Positions 28,647 through 37,666 of a stretch of 64,000 nucleotides of DNA are shown one piece after another. This stretch comes from a virus. Lineage: Duplodnaviria; Caudoviricetes. Where the stretch lies: positions 1-64,000 of the IMG/VR virus record IMGVR_UViG_2788499831_000001. The stretch is one strand, 5' to 3'. The stretch's first letter is position 1, and each line of letters starts with the position of its first letter. The notes under the pieces are model-generated. The model had not been told where the DNA came from. It did no database searches and was given only the letters and a program-made list of their open reading frames with translations. Position numbers and translations under genes: made by a program.

Positions 28647-29171
28647 CTATTTTGTACTAATTGACTCCCAATCAAATGTTTCTAATATATTCAACAATCG
28701 TTCCACTTTTGGTGCTCTCCATGCCGTCATAGCGTATGTATGAGCTTTTGAAGTGTAATGATAATTATTTAGTTCAAGGTGACGTTTCGCTTCTTCTTTC
28801 GTTAGAAACATAGTGTCAGGCACAATAAAATCCTCTTCTTTTACAAACACCGTGTCATAGTATCCACATTCGTTCATATTGTTCTCTACATACTCCCATA
28901 ACTCATCGAAGTTCTCACTTTCATCATTGATAAGATTTTGTAATTCTTCATCTTCTTCAATATCCTCTTCAAAATATTCTTCCAAGAACTCCTTTAAGTC
29001 ACTAAATTTAGAGAATTTAACATGATCACCATCGTTAAAGAAACGCTCCTCGTTTCCTGGAACAGATCGATAATCCTTGATTACCCAAAACCGTGGTGAT
29101 GCGTTCCCATCAGTTTCTTGTGTTTTTAACTCCTGCTGCAGTTCCTTTAAAAATTGAATATCCTTGTTCAT
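28647..29171 (-). CDS. hypothetical acidic protein
   Basis: 174-aa ORF. Confidence 0.75.
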   Translation of the reverse strand: MNKDIQFLKELQQELKTQETDGNASPRFWVIKDYRSVPGNEERFFNDGDHVKFSKFSDLKEFLEEYFEEDIEEDEELQNLINDESENFDELWEYVENNMNECGYYDTVFVKEEDFIVPDTMFLTKEEAKRHLELNNYHYTSKAHTYAMTAWRAPKVERLLNILETFDWESISTK

Positions 29172-29210
29172 TTCCCATTTCCCCCTTTTGTAATCAAATA
29201 ACGCTTTTGT

Positions 29211-29498
29211 TTAGTTTTCTATCAATCCAACCACGATACACGGAATGCTCTTATCTTCTTTTTCCTCATAAATTTCTTCCAATGTTTTATAAACAGGAAA
29301 CCCAATACATTCCCATTCAATTTCTTCCTTACGATCTATTGTTTCAACACTAATTTCTTCTATTTCGTTACCTTCCTTCTGATAATCCATAACAAGATAT
29401 CCAACCGCTTCATATTTACTATTGGCTGCAATAACTTTCATAGTAGTCCAAATACCTTCTGAAGTTACTTTGTAAAATTCCATTTTCTTTTCCCTCAT
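29211..29498 (-). CDS. hypothetical protein
   Basis: True start probably MEFYKV. Confidence 0.7.
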   Translation of the reverse strand: MREKKMEFYKVTSEGIWTTMKVIAANSKYEAVGYLVMDYQKEGNEIEEISVETIDRKEEIEWECIGFPVYKTLEEIYEEKEDKSIPCIVVGLIEN

Positions 29499-29523
29499 TT
29501 CTTTACAAAATTCAAATTAGGTC

Positions 29524-29856
29524 TTACTTCACATCAACACGTTTCTTACTGTCTTCCTCACTAAATCCGTTCGGGAATCGCTTCATTAACTTATGAATGT
29601 TCTTCTCTGCAATCTCATTTAAATCAAGATGGTGAGTTTCTGCTAATGCCGCCAAGTACCAAAGTACATCACCTAACTCCTTCTCAACCTCGTCCTCATT
29701 TAAATTGTGGCCATGATATACCGCCTTCTTAATATGGTCCGTAACTTCACCAGCTTCCCCACACAAACCCATAGCGTAGTTTGTAGCATCCTGCTCATAC
29801 GTTCTTCCTGTTGCAAATGTTCTTGTAACTGCTGTTTGATATTCTTTAAAATTCAT
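29524..29856 (-). CDS. MazG-like nucleotide pyrophosphohydrolase
   Basis: GLCGEAGE and ELGDVLWY motifs. Confidence 0.9.
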   Translation of the reverse strand: MNFKEYQTAVTRTFATGRTYEQDATNYAMGLCGEAGEVTDHIKKAVYHGHNLNEDEVEKELGDVLWYLAALAETHHLDLNEIAEKNIHKLMKRFPNGFSEEDSKKRVDVK

Positions 29857-29869
29857 TCCATTCCGCTCC

Positions 29870-30079
29870 TTATAAGTAACTTTTCAATTTCTCTTTCTGT
29901 TTCTTCAACACTTCCAAGGAAAGCTTTGTCTTCCGCTTCTCGCTATCCAATCCAACCAAGTGGTATTCCATCTTACGAATCTCGCTTTCTACTACTGCGA
30001 GTTCACTATTCACCTGAATCTTAGTTGATTCTTTCATCTGAATTTCACCCTCCTTGGATGAATCCAAATTTCTTTCCAA
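29870..30079 (-). CDS. hypothetical coiled-coil protein
   Basis: Start probably MKESTK. Confidence 0.55.
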   Translation of the reverse strand: MERNLDSSKEGEIQMKESTKIQVNSELAVVESEIRKMEYHLVGLDSEKRKTKLSLEVLKKQKEKLKSYL

Positions 30080-30291
30080 CCAGACTTACCGTACTCGCCA
30101 ATTGTGATATACGACTCAATGTATTTTTCATGTTCCCAAACGAAATCACGATGCCATTTGAACGTTTTATCTATGCACCCGAAATTCTTTTCGGCTTCAA
30201 CGTATTGTTTAACTGTCATATTTTCTTCGTTTTTATATCCAGTTTCTAAACAATCTAATTTGAATAATTGTTTCCTTCTTGAATATCTCAT
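30034..30291 (-). CDS. hypothetical protein
   Basis: 85-aa ORF. Confidence 0.6.
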   Translation of the reverse strand: MRYSRRKQLFKLDCLETGYKNEENMTVKQYVEAEKNFGCIDKTFKWHRDFVWEHEKYIESYITIGEYGKSGWKEIWIHPRRVKFR

Positions 30292-30303
30292 CCATAAAAC
30301 CTC

Positions 30304-30561
30304 CTACAGTCCTAATTCCTCCATAATCTTGCCAATGTTCTCATCAAACCCTCGATAAATATTGCTGTTTATTACAAAAGTGGGTAATGTCGAACTAGCA
30401 TATTTAAGTGTTAGTTCCTGACGCAAATCATCGTCTTTATCAATATTTCTTTCTTCAATATCAACCTCAACTGGACAACTCTTTAACATCTCCTTAGCCC
30501 GTTTGCATCTCGAACAAGATGAACCCGTGTACATAATGATCTTAGTTGCCATTCTCTTCAT
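30304..30561 (-). CDS. glutaredoxin/NrdH-like redoxin
   Basis: MYTGSSCSRCKRAK (CxxC) and TLPTF. Confidence 0.85.
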   Translation of the reverse strand: MKRMATKIIMYTGSSCSRCKRAKEMLKSCPVEVDIEERNIDKDDDLRQELTLKYASSTLPTFVINSNIYRGFDENIGKIMEELGL

Positions 30562-30633
30562 TCTCCTTTGATTCTGCTAATAATTGAGTTACTTCAAAAA
30601 CTAAATTTTCTACCATTATTCGCATCCTCCTAA

Positions 30634-31191
30634 TTAAGAAATATGTTTCCATTTATATCCGTAAGCCGTCTTTCTTTTTCCGTTACAACAAGCTGATATG
30701 CTACTAGCTACATTCACTCCTCTTCCTAACGACCTAGATGCTTCTCTAACTGATTCGAATGTATCTAACAGTATGTTGTCTAATGAATATTGAGCCACTT
30801 TTTTGTTGCAAGTATTTAACCCAGTTTCGAATGCATGTTTAACATTTTCTGCTTGTGTTACCCATTCTAGATTTCTTACGTCATTATCATCTCGTACACC
30901 ATTTTTATGGTTAACAAACGGTTTATTATCGGGGTTTTCGATAAACGCTTCTGCCACTAATCTGTGTATAGAAAATTTCTTAGATATTGTATCTATTGTA
31001 AAAACTGCGTAGGCGTAATGATTTTGCACCTGAATATGCGTTTTAAGTATCCTTTCTTTTATAATTTGCTTTCTACCGCATCTAACAATTGGTCTATCTA
31101 GGCTCAAAACCCGACCTTTATTCGATATTTTGTAATAACCTTCATATCCTTTTACATCCCTCCATTCTTCGCTATGCTGTGTGTTTTTCAT
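30634..31191 (-). CDS. free-standing NUMOD4-HNH homing endonuclease with C-terminal NUMOD1-like DNA-binding domain
   Basis: EEWRDVKGYEGYYKISNKGRV, HRLVAEAF, VNHKNG...NLEWVT, FESVREA. Confidence 0.9.
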   Translation of the reverse strand: MKNTQHSEEWRDVKGYEGYYKISNKGRVLSLDRPIVRCGRKQIIKERILKTHIQVQNHYAYAVFTIDTISKKFSIHRLVAEAFIENPDNKPFVNHKNGVRDDNDVRNLEWVTQAENVKHAFETGLNTCNKKVAQYSLDNILLDTFESVREASRSLGRGVNVASSISACCNGKRKTAYGYKWKHIS

Positions 31192-31382
31192 TGTTCTTCC
31201 TCCTTGTATTTAGATAAGATAGTTGTTAATGCTATTGCTGTTCCTTCATTCGCAATCCATTGTCCTTTATAAAAACCGGATAACCCCAAATCTTCGTTAT
31301 CATAAGCCTTGTCCGCTTTCTTTCTGTTTTCCACTGCTGACAACTGTAACTGTTCGATATACTCTTCAATCGCTTCTCTCAT
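31188..31382 (-). CDS. hypothetical protein
   Basis: 64 aa, coupled. Confidence 0.65.
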   Translation of the reverse strand: MREAIEEYIEQLQLSAVENRKKADKAYDNEDLGLSGFYKGQWIANEGTAIALTTILSKYKEEEQ

Positions 31383-31798
31383 TACTTCTTACCTCCCTGT
31401 AATAACTCTGGATTCTCAAACATATTTCCCTTTATATGGTTTAAATTCAATTCGCTCCATAATCGCACTGCATCATTTACCTCGTTATCAATCCACCAAA
31501 CTCCCTCTTCTTGCTTAACTACACCAGTAAGTCCATGCGATGTTTCTACACGGTGGTCATAAAATTCTTGGTAAACGATGTCACCTTCGTAAATTTCATT
31601 TCCGTGTACGTCTTTTAAACCTGTGTATTGCAACAGTGCAACATCTTTTAATCTCCTTACATAAGTACCGTAACAAATTCCACCTTTAATCATCGCCACT
31701 TGTACAACTTCATTAGCAAAATCTATATATCCAACGTCATATATTTTTTCTGATACCTTGTCGAAAGCTTTAAACTTAATCTCTCTCATTCTCCCCAT
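31382..31798 (-). CDS. YopX-family protein
   Basis: EIKFKAFD and LQYTGLKD...EIYEGDIV. Confidence 0.9.
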   Translation of the reverse strand: MGRMREIKFKAFDKVSEKIYDVGYIDFANEVVQVAMIKGGICYGTYVRRLKDVALLQYTGLKDVHGNEIYEGDIVYQEFYDHRVETSHGLTGVVKQEEGVWWIDNEVNDAVRLWSELNLNHIKGNMFENPELLQGGKK

Positions 31799-31919
31799 CC
31801 CCTTTTATCAATTTGAATAACTCCTGCTCACTCATTTCATACAACTGACGTCCTGTTTTTTCTTCCTTGTAGATTCCCTTATGTAATAAGACGTCGATGA
31901 AAACTTGTTTCCTGTCCAT
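31776..31919 (-). CDS. 47-aa FbpA-like basic protein (not in ORF track)
   Basis: MDRKQVFIDVLLHKGIYKEEKTGRQLYEMSEQEL. Confidence 0.6.
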   Translation of the reverse strand: MDRKQVFIDVLLHKGIYKEEKTGRQLYEMSEQELFKLIKGDGENERD

Positions 31920-31928
31920 GTTGCCTCC

Positions 31929-32384
31929 CTAGCTGATTTGTTTCTTCTTTTTCTTCCTAACCGGTTTCGTAGCTGCTACATCCATATCCCACTTCATTAC
32001 GAGTATTCTTGTTTGCAAAGTACTACCGCAAATCCCATTTTTTCTAGCCTTGTCAAAGATTTCTTTAGGAATGATACGTTTTTTAGAGTTCAATTTTTCT
32101 ACAACTTCTTGATAAGTGAGGATTGGTGTCGTCGCCGCTTCTTCTGGGTCCCACTTATGAACATTTACGCGATTTCTAAAATTCCGATATGAAATCCCGT
32201 TTTTTTCCGCTATCTCTACAAACTTCTTATACTTCTTTCGGAATGAAACGTATATTGGCTTTGTAATTGCATCCTCAATCGACCAATTTAATTTATTTAC
32301 ACGTTGGTCTACATTGACCTTTGATATACCGTTTCTTTCTGCAACCTCGTAATCTTTTTCAGTAGGTACTGGTTTATACTGCAT
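31929..32384 (-). CDS. repeat HTH protein (PVL ORF50/SA1788-like)
   Basis: Three AxxNGI...R...W...AxTxP repeats. Confidence 0.75.
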   Translation of the reverse strand: MQYKPVPTEKDYEVAERNGISKVNVDQRVNKLNWSIEDAITKPIYVSFRKKYKKFVEIAEKNGISYRNFRNRVNVHKWDPEEAATTPILTYQEVVEKLNSKKRIIPKEIFDKARKNGICGSTLQTRILVMKWDMDVAATKPVRKKKKKQIS

Positions 32385-32704
32385 TGTTCTTCCTCCTTAC
32401 TCTTGACGATATTTCTGCTGCTTCTTTTTTTGTTAACCGCGGAACAACTGCTGCCTCAAATGGATCCCGACCTTTAGACTGAACGCGTTGACGAAACAAT
32501 TTATATCCAATCCCGTTTTTCTCCGCTATCTCTAATTCTTTCTTATACTTTTTTTGCAAATGATTCGTTCACTGGCCTTGTAATAGCTTTTAATATGTTC
32601 CAACCTCGTATAATCCGCTGATCTACATTACATTTGCTAATACCATTCCTCTTAGCTATTTCATATTGTTCCCAAGTAGGAACTGGAAGGTAATTATTCT
32701 CCAT
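32374..32704 (-). pseudogene. frameshifted paralog of 31929..32384
   Basis: MENNYLPVPTWEQYEIAKRNGI... breaks at an A7 run (~32549-32555); continues in another frame as KYKKELEIAEKNGI. Confidence 0.65.
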
Positions 32705-32714
32705 TTTCTCCCTC

Positions 32715-32981
32715 CTAATCTAGCTCCATGATTTCTTTAAGCGTTCTATCAGATACATAAATTTTTACAATTTGTATTTTGTAACCGTGCTTACCTTTCG
32801 CGGCAGCCTCTGCTTCATTACGATTATTAGCCTCAAACCAATCAATGCTTTGTCTTTTATCTTTGTAAAAATCAACAGCGTATGTCGTTATGACTGGTGT
32901 CTTTGCTAGGAATCGCTCGGCCGTGCTCTTTGCTTTGTAATCGAAACTTCCCACAACATCCTCTAGTGTTAGTTGTTTCAT
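32715..32981 (-). CDS. hypothetical protein
   Basis: 88 aa, coupled. Confidence 0.7.
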   Translation of the reverse strand: MKQLTLEDVVGSFDYKAKSTAERFLAKTPVITTYAVDFYKDKRQSIDWFEANNRNEAEAAAKGKHGYKIQIVKIYVSDRTLKEIMELD

Positions 32982-33265
32982 GCCCCTAACCCCATCGGAC
33001 GCGACTTGATGATGTTTTTGTCTGCCTGATCCATAATCAAAGCGGCAATTTCTAATTGATGTCTTCCCAACTCTTTTGCGATTTCAAGGATTCCTTTGTC
33101 TTCCTTCCACATTTCTTGGAATCGAATCACTTCGCTTTCATCAAATACCAAGTCCAGTTCTTCTAAAGCGATATACAAATTACGACGCGATTTCTTCATG
33201 TACTTCCTCTGCTGCAACGCCATTGTGTAATTTTCCTTTTCCAAATCCGTTCCAAGTCTTGGCAT
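32978..33265 (-). CDS. HTH-containing hypothetical protein
   Basis: ILEIAKELGR motif. Confidence 0.7.
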   Translation of the reverse strand: MPRLGTDLEKENYTMALQQRKYMKKSRRNLYIALEELDLVFDESEVIRFQEMWKEDKGILEIAKELGRHQLEIAALIMDQADKNIIKSRPMGLGA

Positions 33266-33443
33266 CCCATTTCCCCTCCAGTTGTAATTGATGAATCTCT
33301 CTTAGCTCCGCCATAACAGCATGACGCCTTCTATCCACTTCTTCAGGACTGCGCTTCCCTGCTTCGCAAACACATGACCCAAATTGATACATACCCGTTC
33401 CAATGTCGTTCTGAATTACTCCCGTTCCGTTACATGCACACAT
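33180..33443 (-). CDS. hypothetical protein with Cys motifs
   Basis: MCACNGTG...CVC; common after dnaC-like genes. Confidence 0.55.
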   Translation of the reverse strand: MCACNGTGVIQNDIGTGMYQFGSCVCEAGKRSPEEVDRRRHAVMAELREIHQLQLEGKWDAKTWNGFGKGKLHNGVAAEEVHEEIAS

Positions 33444-33460
33444 TTCAATTTCCCCCTTAT

Positions 33461-34384
33461 TTATGCCGTTCTATAACTAACTCCCTTAACTTGGTACAAG
33501 TACTTTTTACTCATTCCGTACAAACGATCAGCTGCCGCAAATCCTATTTTGTCTTCCAATGTGTCTAAGTCTTCGTTGCTTGTGTACCAAATCGGTAAAT
33601 TCCGTAAGTATCGCTCATTGATAATCTTGTAATACATGTCCTCTTTGAACTCGCTGTACTTCGATTTTGCTATGTCATCCCACACGAGAATGTCACAAGT
33701 GCATAAGTCATGTAGTAATTCATTTAATCGTTTTTTATTGTCATTTAGGAACGCTGCATTTTGTATTTCAGCCATGATATTTACATCCTGGACACATAGT
33801 ACTCTAGCTCCACGTAAACGCCCTGTGCGCTCGTCTACGATCTTGAATTTATTCAATGCATATTTAGCTGCTGCTATTTGCAAATGAGTCTTCCCTAATC
33901 CGTACGAATTGTTTTCCTGACGCATTTTATTTCGTTCTCCTGGAGGTAAACTTTTTAATCTTGTTTCACCCACTGATGCAATAAACCCGATACTATTCAT
34001 CTTTGAATCTCTAATTTCGTTAAAGACTTTCAAATAATCGATCATAGCGTCATATAAAACTTTCTGCACTTCTGCCTCCCTTATGTAGTTATCAAATCGT
34101 GCATTTTCAAACTCAGATGGAATCATTGCGTACTTGAAACGAGCTTTTAGACTTTTCCTTTCTAAGCATTCACATTCGATAGCAACATCAACATATTTCC
34201 CTTTTAGAAATTCAGATGGCTCTTTAATGAACGTATACCCTTTATCACCACATATTTCACAATCAACCGATGGTTTGAGCGAATCCTCTCCCGCTGGTCG
34301 GTTGGATTCCTCTGCCAGTGCCTTTTTGTGCATAACTTCCGCTCGCTTCATTAAATCCTTCATTATGTCCCCCAACTTTTCCAT
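33461..34384 (-). CDS. DnaC/IstB-like helicase loader ATPase
   Basis: GLGKTHL Walker A, LVWDDI Walker B, YTSNE. Confidence 0.9.
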   Translation of the reverse strand: MEKLGDIMKDLMKRAEVMHKKALAEESNRPAGEDSLKPSVDCEICGDKGYTFIKEPSEFLKGKYVDVAIECECLERKSLKARFKYAMIPSEFENARFDNYIREAEVQKVLYDAMIDYLKVFNEIRDSKMNSIGFIASVGETRLKSLPPGERNKMRQENNSYGLGKTHLQIAAAKYALNKFKIVDERTGRLRGARVLCVQDVNIMAEIQNAAFLNDNKKRLNELLHDLCTCDILVWDDIAKSKYSEFKEDMYYKIINERYLRNLPIWYTSNEDLDTLEDKIGFAAADRLYGMSKKYLYQVKGVSYRTA

Positions 34385-35063
34385 TACCTTTCACCCCTTT
34401 GTTTTTAAACTCTGTTTCTGATGCTTCAACATCTGCTAAAGTACGAATGTTATTGTTAGCCCACTGCTTCAAGATTCCCTCAGCATAGTTCCATTTAGCT
34501 TGCTTTTTTAATGCGCGTTCCATAGCTGCTATAACCAATTCTTCGCTTGTATCTTTAATCCACTGATCTACGTTATCTGCCATGTACGGATTTAATATTC
34601 CAATGTTACTTTCATAGAATGAGAAGGGATTCTTACTACTATTACTTATTGTTAAATTAGTATTGTTAAGATTAGTATTGTTAGTGTTTCCCTCAGACAC
34701 TACCCCTAGTTTCTCTGGGACACTACCCTGGTTTCCCTCAGACACTACTAGTTTCTGTGAGACACTAGGGGTAGGTAGTACGTAATAGATATTTGATAAG
34801 TTATTTCCTTGTTCATCTTTCCTGTTAATTTTTTGGATGTACCCTTTTTCTTCTAATGACTTGATACATTGGACAATCTTCTTTCTTCCGCATCCAACTT
34901 TTTCAGTTAATGTCGTTAATGAAGGGAACGCTGATTGTGTATCTCGATTCGCATGTCTTACAATCACTGCGTAAGCTTTAAACTCGTAAACATCCAAATC
35001 ACAGTTGTCTATTGCGTCATTCTCTATCATGAAAAATCCGCGTCTTTTATCAATAAAATTCAT
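34263..35063 (-). CDS. phage replisome organizer (HTH with DnaD C-terminal domain)
   Basis: AFPSLTTL HTH; DnaD-like YAEGILKQW. Confidence 0.9.
   Translation of the reverse strand: MNFIDKRRGFFMIENDAIDNCDLDVYEFKAYAVIVRHANRDTQSAFPSLTTLTEKVGCGRKKIVQCIKSLEEKGYIQKINRKDEQGNNLSNIYYVLPTPSVSQKLVVSEGNQGSVPEKLGVVSEGNTNNTNLNNTNLTISNSSKNPFSFYESNIGILNPYMADNVDQWIKDTSEELVIAAMERALKKQAKWNYAEGILKQWANNNIRTLADVEASETEFKNKGVKGNGKVGGHNEGFNEASGSYAQKGTGRGIQPTSGRGFAQTIG
34659..34768. repeat. lytic replication origin iterons
   Basis: Four 18-bp GTTTC-N4-(A/G)GACACTA repeats at 34686, 34709, 34731 and 34751, next to AT-rich ttagtattgtta repeats. Confidence 0.75.
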
Positions 35064-35306
35064 TTAGTTCACCTTCTTCATTTCCGTTTCATAGAAGCAA
35101 TCCGTTTCGTCAATTTCACCAGTTGTATGAATTCTTTCCGTATTTACAACCTTTCGGACTGGATACACACATTCATAACCGTCTTTCGCCATTTTATATA
35201 TCCGTTTGCCAATTTCCGTTTTGTCTGTATCTCGTAAGTATTTGTTTTCGTTCTTTTTACTTGGAATTAAGAAACTATATCGTTTTGATCTGTATACCGT
35301 TTCCAT
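35064..35306 (-). CDS. hypothetical protein
   Basis: 80 aa. Confidence 0.6.
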   Translation of the reverse strand: METVYRSKRYSFLIPSKKNENKYLRDTDKTEIGKRIYKMAKDGYECVYPVRKVVNTERIHTTGEIDETDCFYETEMKKVN

Positions 35307-35473
35307 TTACATCTCCCTCTCGCATATAGCAAATCCTTTCGATACTTTCAGGACCCTATAACCTGGGTAGCGTTTTGGATTTATATATTTCAGTTCGTTT
35401 TTCTTTGCTTCGTCTGTTGATTTGGCATCCTTCCAGCACCAAGCCGGAAGGAGTACCTTACTTTGTTTTTCAA

Positions 35474-36301
35474 TCATTGTTCAAATACAATTTCTGATTG
35501 CCCGTTATTTGTTGTTTCTTCACTAGTTTCTTCTGCTTCAATAAATTCTGGTTCTGCTGTAATATCTTTTCGTACCACTTCGTCATGCTGCGCCTGCGTT
35601 TGGACTTCGATGCTGATTGGTAAGTATTTAAACATCGCTCTCACGACTGTTTTCTTCGCCATTTCTTCATAATCACTATCCCAAGGGCTGTAACTTTTTG
35701 ATTTCGCTCTAGTGCGGCGTTTTTCAACTTCGCTTTTTGGCATAAATTCCATTTGGTAACCACCATCTTTAAAATGTGCAACTGCATAAGCTCCAATGAA
35801 TGCCCCACGCTCTCCAAATGAAGGTTTGTGCTTTAATGTAGGTTGTAAGCCTAATTCGTATTCGAATTCATCGTTCTCGTACACAGCGTGAGCGTAAATA
35901 CTTTGGATGTGACCGGAACGTCTAGCAAGATCAATCATTCCTTTGTAGCCAATGATGAACTGTACTTCTTTTACCCATTGAGGATTTTGTTTCGTTCCAG
36001 CGTTCTTATTGAAGGGAATTAAGTAGCAATGACCTAACAATCCTGGCTCGAGTCCAAGTTGCACAGCTTGCATAACCGCTCCCATAAGTGAAGGTACTGT
36101 ACATTCAAGTAATGTTGGATTTGTTCGAATGGTTGTAAGTGCGATACGACTCATACGGTCCATATCCATATGCTTAGGTAATGCTTCAGCCATTTTAGGG
36201 CCCATCTTTTTCATATAAGCTTCTACCGTTTGTTCCGGAGTGGTTGGTGCACTTCCCTTACGAGTTGCTAATTGAGTTTTAACATCTTGATTAGTTGCCA
36301 T
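35474..36301 (-). CDS. recT: RecT-family ssDNA annealing protein
   Basis: AVQLGLEPG.LGHCYLIPF, FIIGYKG and MAKKTV motifs. Confidence 0.95.
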   Translation of the reverse strand: MATNQDVKTQLATRKGSAPTTPEQTVEAYMKKMGPKMAEALPKHMDMDRMSRIALTTIRTNPTLLECTVPSLMGAVMQAVQLGLEPGLLGHCYLIPFNKNAGTKQNPQWVKEVQFIIGYKGMIDLARRSGHIQSIYAHAVYENDEFEYELGLQPTLKHKPSFGERGAFIGAYAVAHFKDGGYQMEFMPKSEVEKRRTRAKSKSYSPWDSDYEEMAKKTVVRAMFKYLPISIEVQTQAQHDEVVRKDITAEPEFIEAEETSEETTNNGQSEIVFEQ

Positions 36302-36315
36302 TTTTTATTTCCCCC

Positions 36316-37257
36316 TTATTTAATTGAAAATCTTCTTGTATTAGATTCTTTCGTATATTGTTTATATAAATCTGGGTGTTCTTCCTTAAAACGTTTACTA
36401 TCAAAGCGATTAGTAGAATAAGATTTCCAAAGAACTGTGTAATTCTCAGTAGCTCCTTTTGCTCTCTCTCCAAGCATTGCTTTCAATTTGTTTTCGTACT
36501 CTTTTTTCTGTGTATCTAACACTTTTAGTTCAGCTTCAATTTGATTACGAGCTTCTACTAATATCTCAGCTTCATTTGAGAGGCTTACAACGTTATCTTC
36601 AAATCCTTTTGGATACATTTGATTTAAGAGATTTGTAGACGCATCACTTCCATCGAACATTGGTGGTTCTAACTTCTCGACATGATTTTGCCAAAAGTCT
36701 TTTTCAATATCGATTAAGTACTGAATAACCTCTTCATCACGTTCAATCTTTTTATAGATGAATTTATTCCCGCCAATTAATACTGCAATCCACCATGCTT
36801 CATAACCTGTTACAGCCATATAATGTTGGCACTGAATGAGATAAGACGTTGGTACTTCTTCACCCTCCCATTCTTTCTTTAGATATTCAGATGCGGTTTT
36901 ACACTCAAGCCCTACCTTTTCACTGATAATGAGCCTGTCCACATTTGCGAGCATCCAAGGATAATCCGGATGTTGTAAGATTGCATTTCGTTTACGTACT
37001 TTCAATCCAGTTCGTGAACTAAATTCTTGTGCTACGACTTCCTCGAGAACATTTCCGAAGTGAGCTGCTTCACTTTGAATATCTTCTTCTGGCGATTCGC
37101 CAACTTTATCCATATAAACCGAAATTGGTGATTTCCATTTGTTTAGACCTGCAATAGCAGATGCATCAGAACCTCCAATACCTGCCTTTCTTGCTTCTAA
37201 CCATTGTTCATGAGCCATTTCTTTTGTTATTGCTAATACGTTTGCATTCATTTCCAC
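36316..37257 (-). CDS. YqaJ-family viral recombinase exonuclease
   Basis: GIGGSD, LANVDR, LECKT and YLIQCQHY motifs. Confidence 0.95.
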   Translation of the reverse strand: MEMNANVLAITKEMAHEQWLEARKAGIGGSDASAIAGLNKWKSPISVYMDKVGESPEEDIQSEAAHFGNVLEEVVAQEFSSRTGLKVRKRNAILQHPDYPWMLANVDRLIISEKVGLECKTASEYLKKEWEGEEVPTSYLIQCQHYMAVTGYEAWWIAVLIGGNKFIYKKIERDEEVIQYLIDIEKDFWQNHVEKLEPPMFDGSDASTNLLNQMYPKGFEDNVVSLSNEAEILVEARNQIEAELKVLDTQKKEYENKLKAMLGERAKGATENYTVLWKSYSTNRFDSKRFKEEHPDLYKQYTKESNTRRFSIK

Positions 37258-37384
37258 ATTCCTCCTTATTTACTTAGAAGAAACGACTATGTTATAATAG
37301 AGGTACAATTTATTGAGTCGTTTCCTGAACCAGCCGATTACGCCAAATCGGCTGGTTTTATTTTGTTTTGATGCTTCGCTTGTC

Positions 37385-37666
37385 CTATTCACTTAACCAC
37401 TCTGGGTCTTCATGCCAACCGCCTTCATCGTGATCGTAACGATAGTAATAAGCATCGCCATCTTCATTAACAATGGGATTTGTGTAGGTGTCATAAGGTC
37501 GAGTACCTTCCATGTAGTACGTCATTACGTATTTACCTAACATAGGGCAATAAATTTCTCCCCACTCAACTCCATTACTCCAACTAATTTCTCTCATTTC
37601 CATTCCCCTTTCTGATGCTTTCACGCATCGGAATATCCAGGAACCTTTCGGTAAGGTGGGGACCAA
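37385..37666 (-). CDS. hypothetical protein
   Basis: True start probably MEMREISW. Confidence 0.6.
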   Translation of the reverse strand: MVPTLPKGSWIFRCVKASERGMEMREISWSNGVEWGEIYCPMLGKYVMTYYMEGTRPYDTYTNPIVNEDGDAYYYRYDHDEGGWHEDPEWLSE

